From: Octopus vulgaris
Lineage: Eukaryota
DNA length: 64,000 nt
Direction: 5' to 3'
Assembly: GCA_951406725.2 (NCBI GenBank)
Contig: OX597814.1
Location: forward strand, 203,732,001-203,796,000
The position numbers and the translations under genes were made by a program. The notes under the pieces were generated by a model. That model was not told the origin of the DNA and did no database searches. It saw nothing but the letters and a program-made list of their open reading frames with translations. Position 1 is the first letter of the stretch; every line of letters begins with the position of its first letter. Below are positions 1 through 13,152 of the stretch, piece after piece.

Positions 1-188
1 TAATTTAGATCACATTAAAGCGAGAAGTTTGTAAATAGAAGCAGAAGTGGTCATGGGTGGGTTTGTATAAAAAGCAGCAACACCAATTTTTTTTTGGTGT
101 GTGAAGATGAAGGAAGAATTGCAGTGTGCTCTTACAGCAAAGGGTTTCTATTTAGGTCAAGGAGTAGATTGTGATATGCGTGTTCCAT

Positions 189-574
189 TACTCTTTTACT
201 TGTTTCAGTCATTTGACTGTGGCCATGCTGGAGCACTGCCTTTAGTCAAGCACATTGACCCCAGGACTTATTCTTTGTAAGCCTAGTACTTATTCTATTG
301 GTCTCTTTTGCTGAACCGCTAAGTTACAGGGACATAAACACACCAGCATCAGTTGTCAAGCGATGTTGGGGGGACAAACATATACACACACATACATATA
401 TATATATACACAACGGGCTTCTTTCAGTTTCCGCCTAACAGATCCACTCACAAGGCTTTGGTTGGCCTGAGGCTATAGTAGAAGACACTTGCCCAAGGTG
501 CCATGTAGTGGAACTGAACACGGAACCATGTAGTTCGTAAGCAAGCTACTTACCACACAGCCACTCCTACACCT
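189..574 (-). mobile_element. tRNA-derived CORE-type SINE (abundant family), full-length copy
   Basis: Minus strand has an A-box-like GGAGTGGCTGTGTGGTAAG, a B-box-like GTTCAGTTCC, the CORE-like CCTTGGGCAAGT and an internal (TA)/(CA) tract. Closely similar copies recur across the window. Confidence 0.85.
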
Positions 575-1765
575 ATGTAATTTCTAGTTGTAAAACAATT
601 AGTGATGGGCTTGCAGTGACTAGAGTGTTACATTTTATGTTCACTCTGTTGCAATGTAGAATAATGAACTTGACAGAGAAGTTGACAGGCAAGGAAATAA
701 AGAAAGTGATTACAAGATGGATGGATGGATGTGCCGGAAGGTCATGTAATGTAACTGATTATTTACTGTGAAAAATAAATGAGGAGTTTGTCATCATGGC
801 AAAAATTAGGATGAGTTGGTTAATACTAGAGGATGTATGACTTTGCAGAAAGGACGACCACAGTGAATTCGGTGAAATATGCTACTGTGTAAAGGTACCA
901 AATTCAGTTAAAATCTTCATATTCCATACAAATGTTTGCTCTTATAACCTGACTATCACATAGTATGTATTCACATAATTTCACATAAACTATGAATCTT
1001 AAAGGCTGATTTTCTTTTCCAAAGATATAAATATGCTCTACGCCATATTAATAGTAAAATACTTAGATGATGGAGCTTATTACAAAATTAAACATTTGAA
1101 CTAAAATATAGCCAGGTATGACTGTGTAGTTAAAAGGCTTGATTCCCAACCACATGGACTCAGGTTCAGTCCTGCTGTGCAGCATCTTGGGCAAGTGTCT
1201 TCTACTATAGCCTCCAGGATGACCAAAGCCTTTTGAGTGGATTTGGTGGATGGAAAATGAAAGAAGTTCATTACATGTATGTGTGCCCTTGTCTTGGCAT
1301 CATGTAATGGTTGTAAATGAGCATCATTGTTATACAAGCAATGTTGTTTGTTTCTAGTCTTCTATGCATCACTTTGCTTGAAAACAGGTGATGGTTAGTT
1401 ACAGAAGTGACATCCAGCCATAGAAAATCTGCCTCAACAAATTCTGTCTGACCCATGCCAGCATAGAAAAGTGGATGTTAAATAGTAATAATGGTTATGA
1501 TGGTGGCTTCATTGACAAGTTTTTATTGACAACACTTTACAACCACTTGCTTACATTGAACTCTGCCTGCTCTTTGTGTCTTCTTCCATTTCTACTTAGT
1601 TTTTGGTGTTCTTAACTTGACAGACTCTAAAGCTCCCTGTCCCATCACCTTTTCCATCCAACCCTCTTGTCACCCTCACTACTCTCCCAGAGATCTCTTT
1701 ACTCCTAGAAAAATATCTCTCTTCCTGCTTTTTTTTTTTTTTTTTTTTTTTGTAAACTTCATTCT

Positions 1766-1953
1766 TGGCACATAAAATCACCCACTACACTCTCGGAGTG
1801 GTTGGCGTTAGGAAGGGCATCCAGCTGTAGAAACACTGCCAGATCTGACTGGCCTGGTGCAGCCTTCGTGCTCCCCAGACCCCAGTTGAACCGTCCAACC
1901 CATGCTAGCATGGAAAGCGGACGTTAAATGACGATGATGATGATGATGATGAT
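1766..1953 (+). mobile_element. SINE 3' part with (GAT)n tail (second family); further copies near 11700-12250(-), 19604-19990(-), 45373-45597(+), 53830-54098(+)
   Basis: Recurrent block GTGGTTGGCGTTAGGAAGGGCATCCAGCTGTAGAAAC...CCAACCCATGCTAGCATGGAAAGCGGACGTTAAA followed by (GAT)n. Confidence 0.8.
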
Positions 1954-2205
1954 TCACTAAACTACATTGAAACTAATTAATCATAACTAAATAAATGAAA
2001 TAAGCACCTATTTCTCAGCTTAGTGGGGACTGAAAATACTCTCGTCGGAAGCTTTTACATATTTGCTTGATATGCTGGAAATAGCCTTCTATTCCCTATT
2101 TGTTGAATCACTTTATCCTATCTTTAAAAAAAAGTAAGACATGCTGGATGATGCAGTTTGAGATGAACTATCTGTAATGATAGAGATGGTCATGATTAGA
2201 ATGTC

Positions 2206-2272
2206 TGTTCATTCACATTTGACCTTGGGCTAAAACAAGGTGTTCATTCACATTTGACCTTGGGTTAAAACA
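2206..2272. repeat. Tandem duplication of a 35-bp unit
   Basis: TGTTCATTCACATTTGACCTTGGG(C/T)TAAAACA at 2206 and again at 2241. Confidence 0.9.
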
Positions 2273-2290
2273 GCTACAACTTCTAATTTT

Positions 2291-2801
2291 TCTTAATATA
2301 AATTTGAGCGATGCTTCTCTGTCCGTTATGCTTTTATGTTTAACTTCTCCTAGGCTGTTGGTGCAAGGACAATGAAACTCAAACCAGCAACTCCCCTAAT
2401 CCCAGGGAATGTCCTAAGAGGGGTGTCTATTTTTTTAAGGGCTGCCTAATTGGAGTCCTAATGACCCCACTATTTTTACTGCATTTTAAACTAAATACAT
2501 GGCATTGGCGACCAAGTTGGAGCAATGACAATAAATTTCATACCATGAACTCCCAGGGAGTATCGTAAGGAGGTTCAGTTTCTGGAGGGTCGCTTAAATA
2601 GGTCTCCACTGAGCCCCCTATTTTTACTGCATTTACCTCACTCTTACACTTAATGATTAAACTATGATCAGCATCGGTGCTTAGCACATTTGCAGAAATA
2701 AGCTTCATTACACAAAGGCAGAGGGCCACAAAGCAGCCTGATAAAGGTGCCCTCTGCAGGAGCTAGCCTGAATGCCATCCGAAGGACGGCTTCAAGGCTA
2801 G
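2291..2801 (+). mobile_element. Probable non-autonomous Helitron
   Basis: 5' TCTTAATATAAA start; 3' hairpin GCCATCC-GAA-GGACGGC lying 7 nt before CTAG followed by T. More GC-rich than the flanks, with an internal direct repeat CTATTTTTACTGCATTT. The base before the 5' TC is T rather than the canonical A. Confidence 0.6.
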
Positions 2802-4219
2802 TAAAAATAAAATAAGTTGTTTTAGTCATTAAGAGCAGACATTAGCATTTTTATCAAATGTTATGATAATTCTCTTTCTCAATTATTCGTCTAATAATTT
2901 TCTTTCTCAAATTATTTTTCGACTGTCAGGCTAAATTACCGAGGTCACATGTAAATATACACAGCTGTGAAATTAGGTTGCCTGTTTCTGTTCTCATTTT
3001 ATATGTCTTTGTACATCTTACTAGTCTTTAAATTGTAACTTTTGCAAAGGATGTGAAAAGTATTTAAAAAGATAAATTAATGATTGATCAATGATATTTG
3101 AAATTATTCCCCTACTCTGCACTGAGGTAAGGCTATAACTAAATACTTAAAGAAAAAAAATAATATACTAAATTATTTGTAAATATTTTAAAATCTGGTT
3201 TGCCTTTACTGTTAATAGTGTCATTTTGTAATTAATTCAATGCCATCATAATTTAATGTCCACTTGTCAATGTTTGCATTGGATCAGATGGAATCTGTTG
3301 AGACAGATTTTCTTTGACCTGACACTCTTCCTATTGCCCACCCTCACCTGTTTCCAAACAAGGTAATATTTCCTTGCATGTTTTTTGCAGAGGACTGGAA
3401 TCAAGGTAGTGCATGATATTAAAACAAGACATACACAAACACGAACACACATGATGGGTTTCTTTCAGTTTCTGCCTACCAAATCCACCCACAAGGCTTT
3501 GGTCAGCCTGGGGCTATAGTAGAAGACACTTGCCCAATGTGCTATACAGTAAGACTGAACCAGAACTGTATGGTTAAGAAACAGGCTTTTTACCACACAG
3601 CCACAAGAATTGATAAATGTAATAGGATTTAGGTTTTAGTGAAGTAAGATGATGATTGTAGTTAGTTTATTTCACTTACCCTATTATTTCTCCTGAGTTA
3701 TGTCACATCTCGTTTCTTGTACTTACGTAGAAATTTAATACTATTCACACTTTTCTACATCTAAAGAATAATTTCAAAAAGAATTCATTCATCTTGCCAA
3801 ATTAATTTGTTTTCTGGAAGAGTTCAATAAATTCAAATTACTTTTGTATTAAAAAAACCCCCAGTTCTTTAAATATTGTAATTAATTTTTTTTCACTTCT
3901 TAAGATTCTGTGGTAGATAAAGCTCATTTGATTTCAAAAGTCAATTAAAATGTAAATCTTCAGAATTCTCATTAGAGATTTGAATTTTTTCGTGATAATG
4001 ATGGTGGGATTTGTGCAGGGTATAAAATAGAAAGATTTTTTGCTAAAACGCACGCACATACACACTGTAGATAAATAACCTGGTATATAGATATACACAA
4101 CACACTAATTTAAGAATTAATACAAAATTGCATTCAGCTGTAAATTGACCATCTAAGTTCAGTAGCTGAAGTAATTATATTCCTTAATTAATTATATTTC
4201 TTTTTTATTTTATTTTCAG

Positions 4220-4260
4220 CTATTAGTAAAGAAGAAACTATTCATGAAAGTGATCATGAG
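4220..4260 (+). CDS. CDK14: CDK14/PFTAIRE kinase, N-terminal coding exon ((x)ISKEETIHESDHE); upstream exon(s) outside window
   Basis: Polypyrimidine tract and TTTTCAG acceptor, open frame, GTATTT donor. Ends in phase 0, matching the next exon at 27859. Resembles the PFTAIRE N-terminal segment as I recall it, but is short and lies outside the kinase domain. Confidence 0.65.
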
Positions 4261-7200
4261 GTATTTTCCTTTTTTTCTTTTTATCATTTAAAATGAACTA
4301 AAAACTGGTTATGATGTTAAAGCAATTCATACATTTTCTAAATGTATTTCCTATTAGTCAACAAACACATAAATTGAAATAAAATTTATGTAAAAATAAG
4401 AAATTAATGAGGAGCTCACCTCATTTAATCTTTTTTTTTCCTTCTTTGTTTCCAGTGAGATTTAGAGTTCAACTTAGTCTATCCACTGACTTTTGCAATA
4501 ATCACATAGAATGTATTACACAAGTTTATATAGTTATGAATACACATAAAGAGACTGTTTTTTTGTATTTATTTAAATACAAATCTATATTAAATAGCAA
4601 AAACAATAGAAATAGTACTACTGTTACTCATTTAATTCTTGCTGTCATTAATATTCTCTAAAAATTAATACAAGTAAATTCTTCGGTTTTTCTTATATGC
4701 TGAGGAGAAGCTGATGATACTCCTTTGTAATTCCAGTATCTGTTCCAGAATTTTTTCTAGTAACAGCTAAAATTTTTTTTTCGTCACCAAAGTAATATGT
4801 TCTTTGTGTTCTCTAGATGAGATGTTGATAAAAAAAAAAAAAAGCCTAACATATAGGTGGTACTTTCCTCAAAATACAGAGCTATTTTTAATTTTTTTAA
4901 TTTATCTCTCATAAGTATATTATTGATTAAATGACTAAACTGTAGTTTCAATGTGGTTAAGTAAATATTGCTGTTTTTACAAGCAGTTTGGTAATAAGCG
5001 GCAGACTAATTGATGTTGAATCTTCTCTTCTGATTGGTTCAGCAATGGCCATTGACAGTCAATGTGTATATTCTAGTTATTAACCTCAGTGTCAGCCATA
5101 AACATTCTGATGGGTATTCTCTGTGGAAATGATGGTGTCTTCCTTGAAATGGTTTTACGTTTTCATTATTTTTTTCTTTGAAGAATGGATGCAACAAGAT
5201 ATCATATGAGTAACTTTTTCTGGTTTTCCAGGTCTTTGTGTATGATGTTCTCAAAATTTCAGGTTCATGGAACTTTGTCTTATTTTCAGCATTCTTTGCC
5301 ATTTAGTTTATGATATTTTCATTGAGTCACACTTTCAGCCTAACTGTTGGAATTGTAGTAAATCACAGCTGTTTTTGGTGGTTTTCTTTCTTCTTTTCTC
5401 GTCATCCTCTTTTCAGTGTGAGTATAAGAGTATCTCATTTGAGGGTCAAAAGATGGATTAATTCTCATCCAAACTCACTGAATTAGAAATATAAGCCCTA
5501 TTTTGTTATTTCTTTTGATGATTTTCTGCTTTTACACAGTATTTTAAATATATATTTGGTCAAATCTTGGATTTTGTTAAAACTGAAAAATATCTTATTT
5601 AACTCCTGACTTAAATTTTGAATAATCACATATCAGGGCACTTTTTGAAAAGAAGCATAATGGCTAGGTTGCGATATAGAAGCTGTTAACTGTTATCCAG
5701 CTTATGTCATTCACTATGTTAATGAGCATTTATATATTTTATGGCATTATTCTCATTAATGTTAACTCACACTCGGCTTAACATAATTTTTAAACTGCAG
5801 ATACAGTGACCAAATTTTCTCTTTTTATATTCCAAAATGCTGAAACACTTATTGTCCATTCATTTGTTCATTATTTTAACGTCCAGTTTCCCATGTTAGC
5901 AAGGGCTAGGTAGGAAGTTATTTGAAGCAGGAATTTGCAGCCAGATACTCTTTGTCATCAAACCTTACTTGTCATTTAATTAAGGGGCTTTTTCTTGTGT
6001 CAGTTGTCTTCAAAAGTGCAGAGTCACCGATCATAACATCAGTGAGAATCTCAATTTCATCATCATCCAACTTGGGAATGATCAGGCATAGAATATCAAC
6101 ATCCATGCACATTTGTGTGTGCAATGCACCCACTTACCCACATGCTCACACGCACATACACATACATAAGCTTTGTGTAGCCTTTACTAACCAAATTCAC
6201 TCAGAAGGTTTTTGTTAGCCTGGGGCTAAAGTACCATGCAGTGGGACTGAGCCAGAAACCAGTGGTTGTGAAATGAGCTTAACCATTGAGCCATAAACCA
6301 TTGCAGTTACTCACATCACATATTTAAATATGAATATTTGAACATAACCTATTGTTTAATTCTATTTAACCTTGTTCTAAAATAATTTGGCAATGTGGTC
6401 ATGACCCTTTGAGAGAAAGTATAGGTCTGGCAACTGAATGACCAGGATTTCAATTTTGTTGGGTTTTCATTTACCTTTGATGCAATTTGAACCATGATGT
6501 TGACTTTATGCAAGAGCCAATATATAGAAATCTGTCAATACCTAGAATATATGACAATAAATATTTGAGAAAATTTATGTAAGTTATCATTGGAGCATAT
6601 GAATTAATCTATCCTGTACAAGGATATACATTTAGCTCTGATGTTCTATAGCATTTAGAAAGAACGTGTGTGTGACATCTGAAGGATTGCCTTTTCAACC
6701 AACTTAGTTTTCATTTAGCTTTGATATTGATATATATTCTCTGTGGTTTCATAAATTTTCTCAAATACTTATGGCCAACTTTATAACTAAAGATGATTTC
6801 TTCTTGATATTGACTGGTATTGTATACTCTTACTTGGATAGTATGTGTGTTTCTGAGACCTTAATAGGCTGGGACTGTCAATCTGGCAATCCTCAGACTC
6901 ACTTGTTCTCTCCAGGTGTTATAGCCATAAAATGTTTTTTAGCAGTTAATGATGATGATGATACTTATACTGCTATACTGGCCATTAGGGATGGAAACTA
7001 CCCTGCATTACCAGATTAGTTGAAGGTGTGGCTGCTATGACATCTCAGTAACTATCCTTGATGGATCTGTTGACTGCCTTGCCTTTATGTCTTTAATTGC
7101 CAAACTAACCATTGTTAGTTCCACTGTATTTTCACTGGCCTACTCATATTCTTCAGTCAGCAATCTCTTACAGTGACACTTTCATGATATTATTTTTCTT

Positions 7201-7427
7201 TACATTTCTACTAAGGACAAGTGCACTAGTATTATTTCAGTAACACATCTCTCCATTGGAATGCAATACAGAGAGCTGTTTTGTCCTATATCCTTACAGT
7301 GCTAAACATTGACAGATGATCTCTACTCTCTGCTTCATTTTTGGCTAAAACACCAGACATCTTGTTTTCTGCTCTGTGTACTATATATTTCCCTCATATA
7401 TGTTATATATATATATATATATACACA

Positions 7428-10137
7428 CAGGCAAACCTCAACTTAAGCCATTTCAATTTAAGTTGTTTTCACTTATACGTTGGTTTAAAAAAATAATAGA
7501 TGGCAAAATAAAAATCAAGTTAAGTAAAATGACTTAACTTTACATCTGTCCGTCACAAATATTGGGATTATAAAATCACTAGAAAACCATTAAAAGTACA
7601 TAAAATCATGTTACTGTACAATAAATAAGAATAAAAGCATATGAAATCATATTAAAATATGTACAGTAAATGTTAAGATACACACCATAAAGTGGTGTAG
7701 CTTAGTGGATGAAATCATGAAATCAGCTTTGTTTTCTTATTTATTAGTCTTTCAGAGTTCATATTCCACTGTAGTTCCAATATCTACCGTTAGGCATTGT
7801 TGTCACTTGTAATTCCCACAGTTGTTTTGAATTCAGATTTACTTACATCTGTTTATCGGCTGCTTTCTCATTCTCATTCATTTGTGACTTTATTTTTTGC
7901 TCCCATGACTCCTAAGAAAATTCATAGTGAAAGTGCTAAGTGTCATGCTATAACACTGGAAGATAAACTAGCTATGATAAAACACTGTGAAAAAGGTGAA
8001 AAAGTAGTAGCAATTGCACAAACTTTTGGGATGAATTGGACAACTGTATCGACGATTGCACATAATGACACGATTTTAGCATATATCAAATGTGAAGAAC
8101 ACTGTCATCAATAAGAAAATAGGCAAAATCTTTGAAGAAATGGAAAATTTGAACCATGATATTGACTTTATGCAAGAGCCAATATATAGAAATCTGTCAA
8201 TACCTAGAATATATGACAATAAATATTTGAGAAAATTTATGTAAGTTATCATTGGAGCATATGAATTAATCTATCCTGTACAAGGATATACATTTGGATT
8301 GTTAGGTTGAATCGTCAGCATGCTCCTATTATAGAAATCATTCAAGAGAAAGTGTTGTCTTTGTTTGAGGACCTGAAGAAAAAATATCCAGATGAGAAAG
8401 ATGTAGAGTTCAAAGCAAGTCAAAGATGGTTCATGAGATTTAAGGAGAAAGAAGTTATCACTCCATTAAGAAGCAAGGTGAAAGTGCATCAGCTGACAAA
8501 CAAGCAGTAGTGGAATTTCCTAATGCATTAAAGAAAATCATTGAAGAAAATGGGTTTCCTCCTAAACAGATTTTTAACGTAGATAAAACTAAATTGTAAT
8601 GGAAAAATTTGCCAGAACATCCATTCATTTCCGAGAGGAGAAAACTATTCCAGGCTACAAGGTCTCAAAAGAACATGTGACTTTTATGTTGGGAGGTAAT
8701 TGTGTAGGAGATTTTAAGTTAAAGCCATTGCTTGTGTATCATGCACACAACCCTTATGTCCTGAAGAACATACCCCAAGGCATCTCTCCTTGTTATATGG
8801 ATGGCTAATTCAAAAGCATGGGTTACTGTTGTTGTTTTTGAAGATTGGTTCTTCAGTCATTTTTATCCCAGTGGCAGAGAAGTATTGTAAGGAGAAGGGA
8901 ATTCCTTTTAAGGTTTTACTTATCTTAGATAATGCTCCTGGCCACCTGCAAAACATCATAGATTTTGACCCCACCCCAAAATATCATAGATTTTGACCAT
9001 CGTATACCTCCCTCTGAACACCACATCTCTTCTGCAGCCAATGGATTAAAGAATAATTGCTATCTTCAAGTGTTACTATATGAATCGTATGCTGTGGCAA
9101 GCAATAGCTGCAACTGATCTTGATGAGTCAATCACACTTCATGACTTTTGGAAGAAATACGATATCAACAAGGCTGTACAGAACATAGCAGCAGCATGGA
9201 ATGATGTACAGAGCACGGCTATGAATGGTATATGGAAGAAGCTTTGCCTGCAATTTGCGAATAATTTTAAGGGGTTTGATAATGTTGCCATCAACAAAAC
9301 ATTGGTGACTATGAGCAAAGAACTGGAAATGGATTTGGAGGAGGAGGATTTCACAGATTTATTTGAAAAAGACAAGCAGCCCCTGATGAACAAGAATTTG
9401 AAAGAGCTTCATGAGCAGCAAGATAAAGAAGAAGAGGAAGTCAAACCTGAGCCACATCACTTCACCATTAAGGAAATGTAGCAAGCATTTGCATATATTG
9501 AAAAAAGTCTTTCTATGTTTGAGGATATGGATCCAAATGCTCAGTACTTTCCAAGATTATGGGGGTTTGTAATAAAGCTTTTGCTCCTTATAATGTAATC
9601 CTTGAGGAAAAGAAGACAGTTCAAAGAACTTTAAACTGGTTTTTTAAGTGCATTGAACAAAAAGAACAGCCAGAATCAGTTATTGATGTTAACAGTTCTC
9701 AGCCATCTACATCCGCAATGTAAACCACTAAATTGTATGTATGTATTGGCAAATTTAAAATTATTAAATTTTTTTTTACTATTGCAAAATAATAATAATT
9801 ACTGAATTTGTTTTTTAAGCTTAAAAAAGGTTTTTATTTTACCATATATTATTGCAAACCACATTCATAAATACAGCGTCCGCGATGTATGATAAACACT
9901 GCCAAATTATATTCGTAAATTTAGATTTTTTTTTTACTATACTGTATTAAAAAATAAAAATTATTTGTTTGTGAGCTTAAAATAGGTTTTTATTCACCAT
10001 CTATTATTGAAAATGCATTCATAAATAAAGTACAGAACTGGGAATGGTTATTATTGGTTTAGCCTAGAGACAAATAAATTCAGCCTAGGCAAACCTTGAG
10101 ACCATTTAATTTGACTTAAGTTGTGTCTCTTGGAACC
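7428..10137 (+). mobile_element. Tigger/pogo-family DNA transposon, decayed
   Basis: Left end CAGGCAAACCTCAACTTAAG (Tigger-like TIR), transposase remnants inside, inverted subterminal motif TGACTTAAGTTG at about 10112-10123. The right TIR is disrupted. Confidence 0.85.
7905..9723 (+). pseudogene. Tigger/pogo transposase pseudogene (HTH-psq, CENP-B HTH, DDE_1)
   Basis: Fragments MTPKK..AITLEDKL..IK, IIQEKVLSLFEDLKK, FKASQRWFMRFK, QIFNVD, GGN..GDFKLKPLLVY, LLILDNAPGH, TTSLLQPMD. Many stops and frameshifts. Confidence 0.9.
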
Positions 10138-10336
10138 TTGGTTTTCAAACAACTCTGATCATGAATAAATCGTACTTTATCTCCTGTCTTTCTCATATTC
10201 ATTTAATACCTTGGTTTACGAGTGCCTCTGATCACGAATAAATCATGCTTTATATCTATTTATCTATAAATACATACATATATACAAAGCACGATTTATT
10301 CGAGATCAGAGTTGTTAAAAAACTGAGGTACTACTG
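10131..10336. mobile_element. Small pogo/Tc1-type MITE with about 50-bp TIR-like repeats
   Basis: 10131-10180 and 10206-10253 (direct) are imperfect reverse complements of 10286-10336. The right end reads GAGGTACTACTG followed by TA. Confidence 0.65.
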
Positions 10337-11152
10337 TATATGCCTGGATATATGTGTGTTTAAGTATGAGCATATATATACAAATGCACACTTGTGAGAG
10401 GGAAAATATTCAAATCATTAAACTTTATGTATTTTTTATAAGTTGATGCTTCTCTTCATTAACAAAGAGTAGCTTTGGCTTATCTTATGCATGTATGTGT
10501 GTGTATGTGCATGCATGTATCTTAAGCAGCTCTAAGCAGTTCATAAGCACTTTGCTCTTGTTTTATAGTATTAAGTAGAGAATAGAAATTTCTCTGTAAA
10601 TATGGTGTCATTTTGAATTAACAATCTCAGTTTTGTCAATGATGCCATATTGAATCAGTTGTCCTGCTCAAGGCCACAAAAAATATACTGGTAGTGGGGT
10701 TGAACTCTGAGTCTGAAAAGTTGATACTCAGTACTGCATGCACTTGGTTATGTCTGCACTGTGTAATTGTTTGTTTGTTTGTGTGTTACACAGAAAGCTA
10801 ATTAAGTGATAAGGTTTGAAATAACTTAATGCCAGATTTCAAGATATGGTCCAAAGTAATCTATTGTGCTTATGTGGGTTAGTTATAATGTGTGTGTGTG
10901 TGGGCACCAAGTTGAGTCTGTTCAAATTGATTCAATCTTATTCATCTGTATATTACATTGAGTAGGAAGGAAACTATTTATAAATAGTGTAGTACAAATT
11001 CCATATCATTGTGCATGATCTCCATCTCCTGGTGAATGCCCGTGGTTGAGGATTAATGCAAAAGTTGGAACATTCCATTTATAATCAGATATAAATGGCA
11101 GTAAGTTGAGGTTGAACATTCCCAAATGATCTGATTACCCATTCCAGGTAAT

Positions 11153-11307
11153 TTAACCCGTTTGTTAGCACATTTTCTTTTTTTGAAATACACTGACTTT
11201 ATTTTAATTAATTTTGAAAAGTAATGAAAAATTTAGTAAGATCTCTTTATACCATAGAACCGGGGGTGGTCTCGGGTGCATTGATATCAAAAGGGTAAAA
11301 GGGTTAA
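11153..11307. mobile_element. TTAA-flanked piggyBac-type MITE, family B; other copies near 16310-16761, 33520-33747, 39665-39884, 44316-44538
   Basis: TTAA-CCC...AAAGGG-TTAA ends and a shared internal block (ATTAATTTTG...AATTTAGTAA). Confidence 0.65.
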
Positions 11308-12269
11308 ATAATTTGAAGCTGTGTATTATCTGTATTAACTCTCCATTATACATTAAATCATACAAAAATCCTCATACCTATCACTTGTGAGTATGGCTTG
11401 GTAGCATGTACTATGCTTATGCTAATTGTTATTGGCAGTCACCAGCTGCCCATAAACACCCCCTCAGTCCTCTTACACTTGGTTCAGAAGGACATCTTGG
11501 ATGTGACTGCTAGGAGGAAAGAAAGAAAGAAATCTTATCCAGCACATGACTGGTATTCATGTTGCTGTAGTCTCCTCATCTAAAAATGAAATGAAGTGTT
11601 TTGATCTAGAATGCAATGCACCACCCAGTCTAGAAATTGAACCCATAACCCTCTGCTTATGAGCCAACACTCTCACCACTCCATATATTTTATACATACA
11701 TCATCATTGTCATTTAACATCTGTTGTCCATGCTGGCATGGGTTGGATAGTTTGACGAGGGCTGGTAAACTGAGGAGCTGCACCTAACTCCAGTCTGATT
11801 TTGGCATGGTTTCTACAGCTGGATGCTCTTCCTATTGCCAACCACTCTGAGAGTGCAATAGGTGCTTTTACATGCCAGTTACATGACACCAGTATCTTCC
11901 ACAACTACAATTTCACTTGGCTTGATGAGTCTTCTCAAGCATGGCATATTGCCAATGGTCTCAGTCATTTGTCATTGCCTCCTTGAGGCCCAATGCTCAA
12001 AAGATGCTTTTTATGTGCTACCAGCATGGATGCTAGTTATGCAATACCGGCATTAGCCACATTGCCTCCAAGAGGACCAATGCTTGAAAGGTGCTTTTTA
12101 TGTGCCACCAGCAAAGTTGCCACTTACATCACACCAGCATCAGCCACGACTACGATTTCACTTGGCTTGATGGGTCTTATCACGATCATCATCTAGCGTC
12201 TGTTTCCCATGCTGTCATAGGCTAGATGATTTGACAGAGCCAGTAAGGCTATACTTTTGTGGAGTGCAA

Positions 12270-12403
12270 ATTTATTGTTCTTAAACAAGAATATTATTGA
12301 CAGTGGCTTTGAAGTCTCAGTCAGTTTAGCCATTGTCTGATGGCTTAACTGACTGAAACTACAATATCACTGTCAATAATATTCTTGTTTAAGAACAATA
12401 AAT
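12270..12403. repeat. Fold-back inverted repeat, 64-bp arms, 6-nt loop
   Basis: The outer 36 bp (ATTTATTGTTCTTAAACAAGAATATTATTGACAGTG) are a perfect reverse complement; the inner 28 bp are imperfect. Confidence 0.95.
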
Positions 12404-13152
12404 ACACACACACACACGCATGCACACACACTTTATACAAACAAATGGGATAGGAGTAAATTATAAATGCATATTTACTATATGCAGACAAACATATATA
12501 TATACTTAGAATTTATTCATATTCTATTCATTAAGTCAAGATGGCATATGTTGGTATGTTAAACATTGTGGAAATAAACTGTGCTTACTAAATTGCTGGG
12601 TAAAAATTCTACGTGACAACTAAAAATGGTATCAAGGCAACTGTCACAGGAAATTGCAGTGCAAATGGTAGCACACATAACCAAGCAGGGAAGAGATGAA
12701 TGTGGTGTGTTGGTTTTTTATTTTATTTTATTTTTTTTTTATCTCAGCTGTTAGTTACAAGTATATGTTTTATATAAAAATTCTTGGCTATGTGTCTTGT
12801 GTGTGTTTTTGTTTTGTATAACTATGTTTATATAAGGAAACTTTGATTTAACATAAAATTATGTAAGTCAGTCAAAGGCAAAAAAAAAGAAAAATAGCGA
12901 ATAGGCCTAAGGGAAAGACAAAAAGGGGAAATAACTATGATGACCATGATGATTATTATTTAATTACCTAATTGAATACTAACTTTGATATATTCTGATA
13001 ATTTTGATCCTTAAAATCAGATTCTAATGCAATAAAATATGACGTATATATTGTCTCAGGAATGGATTTGGCAAATATATTCCAGATAACTGGTCTTTCT
13101 AATTCCAATTTCTGTTATTAGGACATCGGTGTCTGTCTATCTATCATACTTT

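Noticed and set aside
4261-4275. Donor GTATTTTCCTTT resembling a U12-type 5' splice site
   Set aside because: It does not match GTATCCTT at +5/+6, so I treated it as U2-type.
5039-5461. Minus-strand ORF remnants faintly resembling a piggyBac transposase C-terminus (KPPKTAVIYYN)
   Set aside because: No catalytic motif, TIR or TTAA ends were recognisable; too weak without a profile search.
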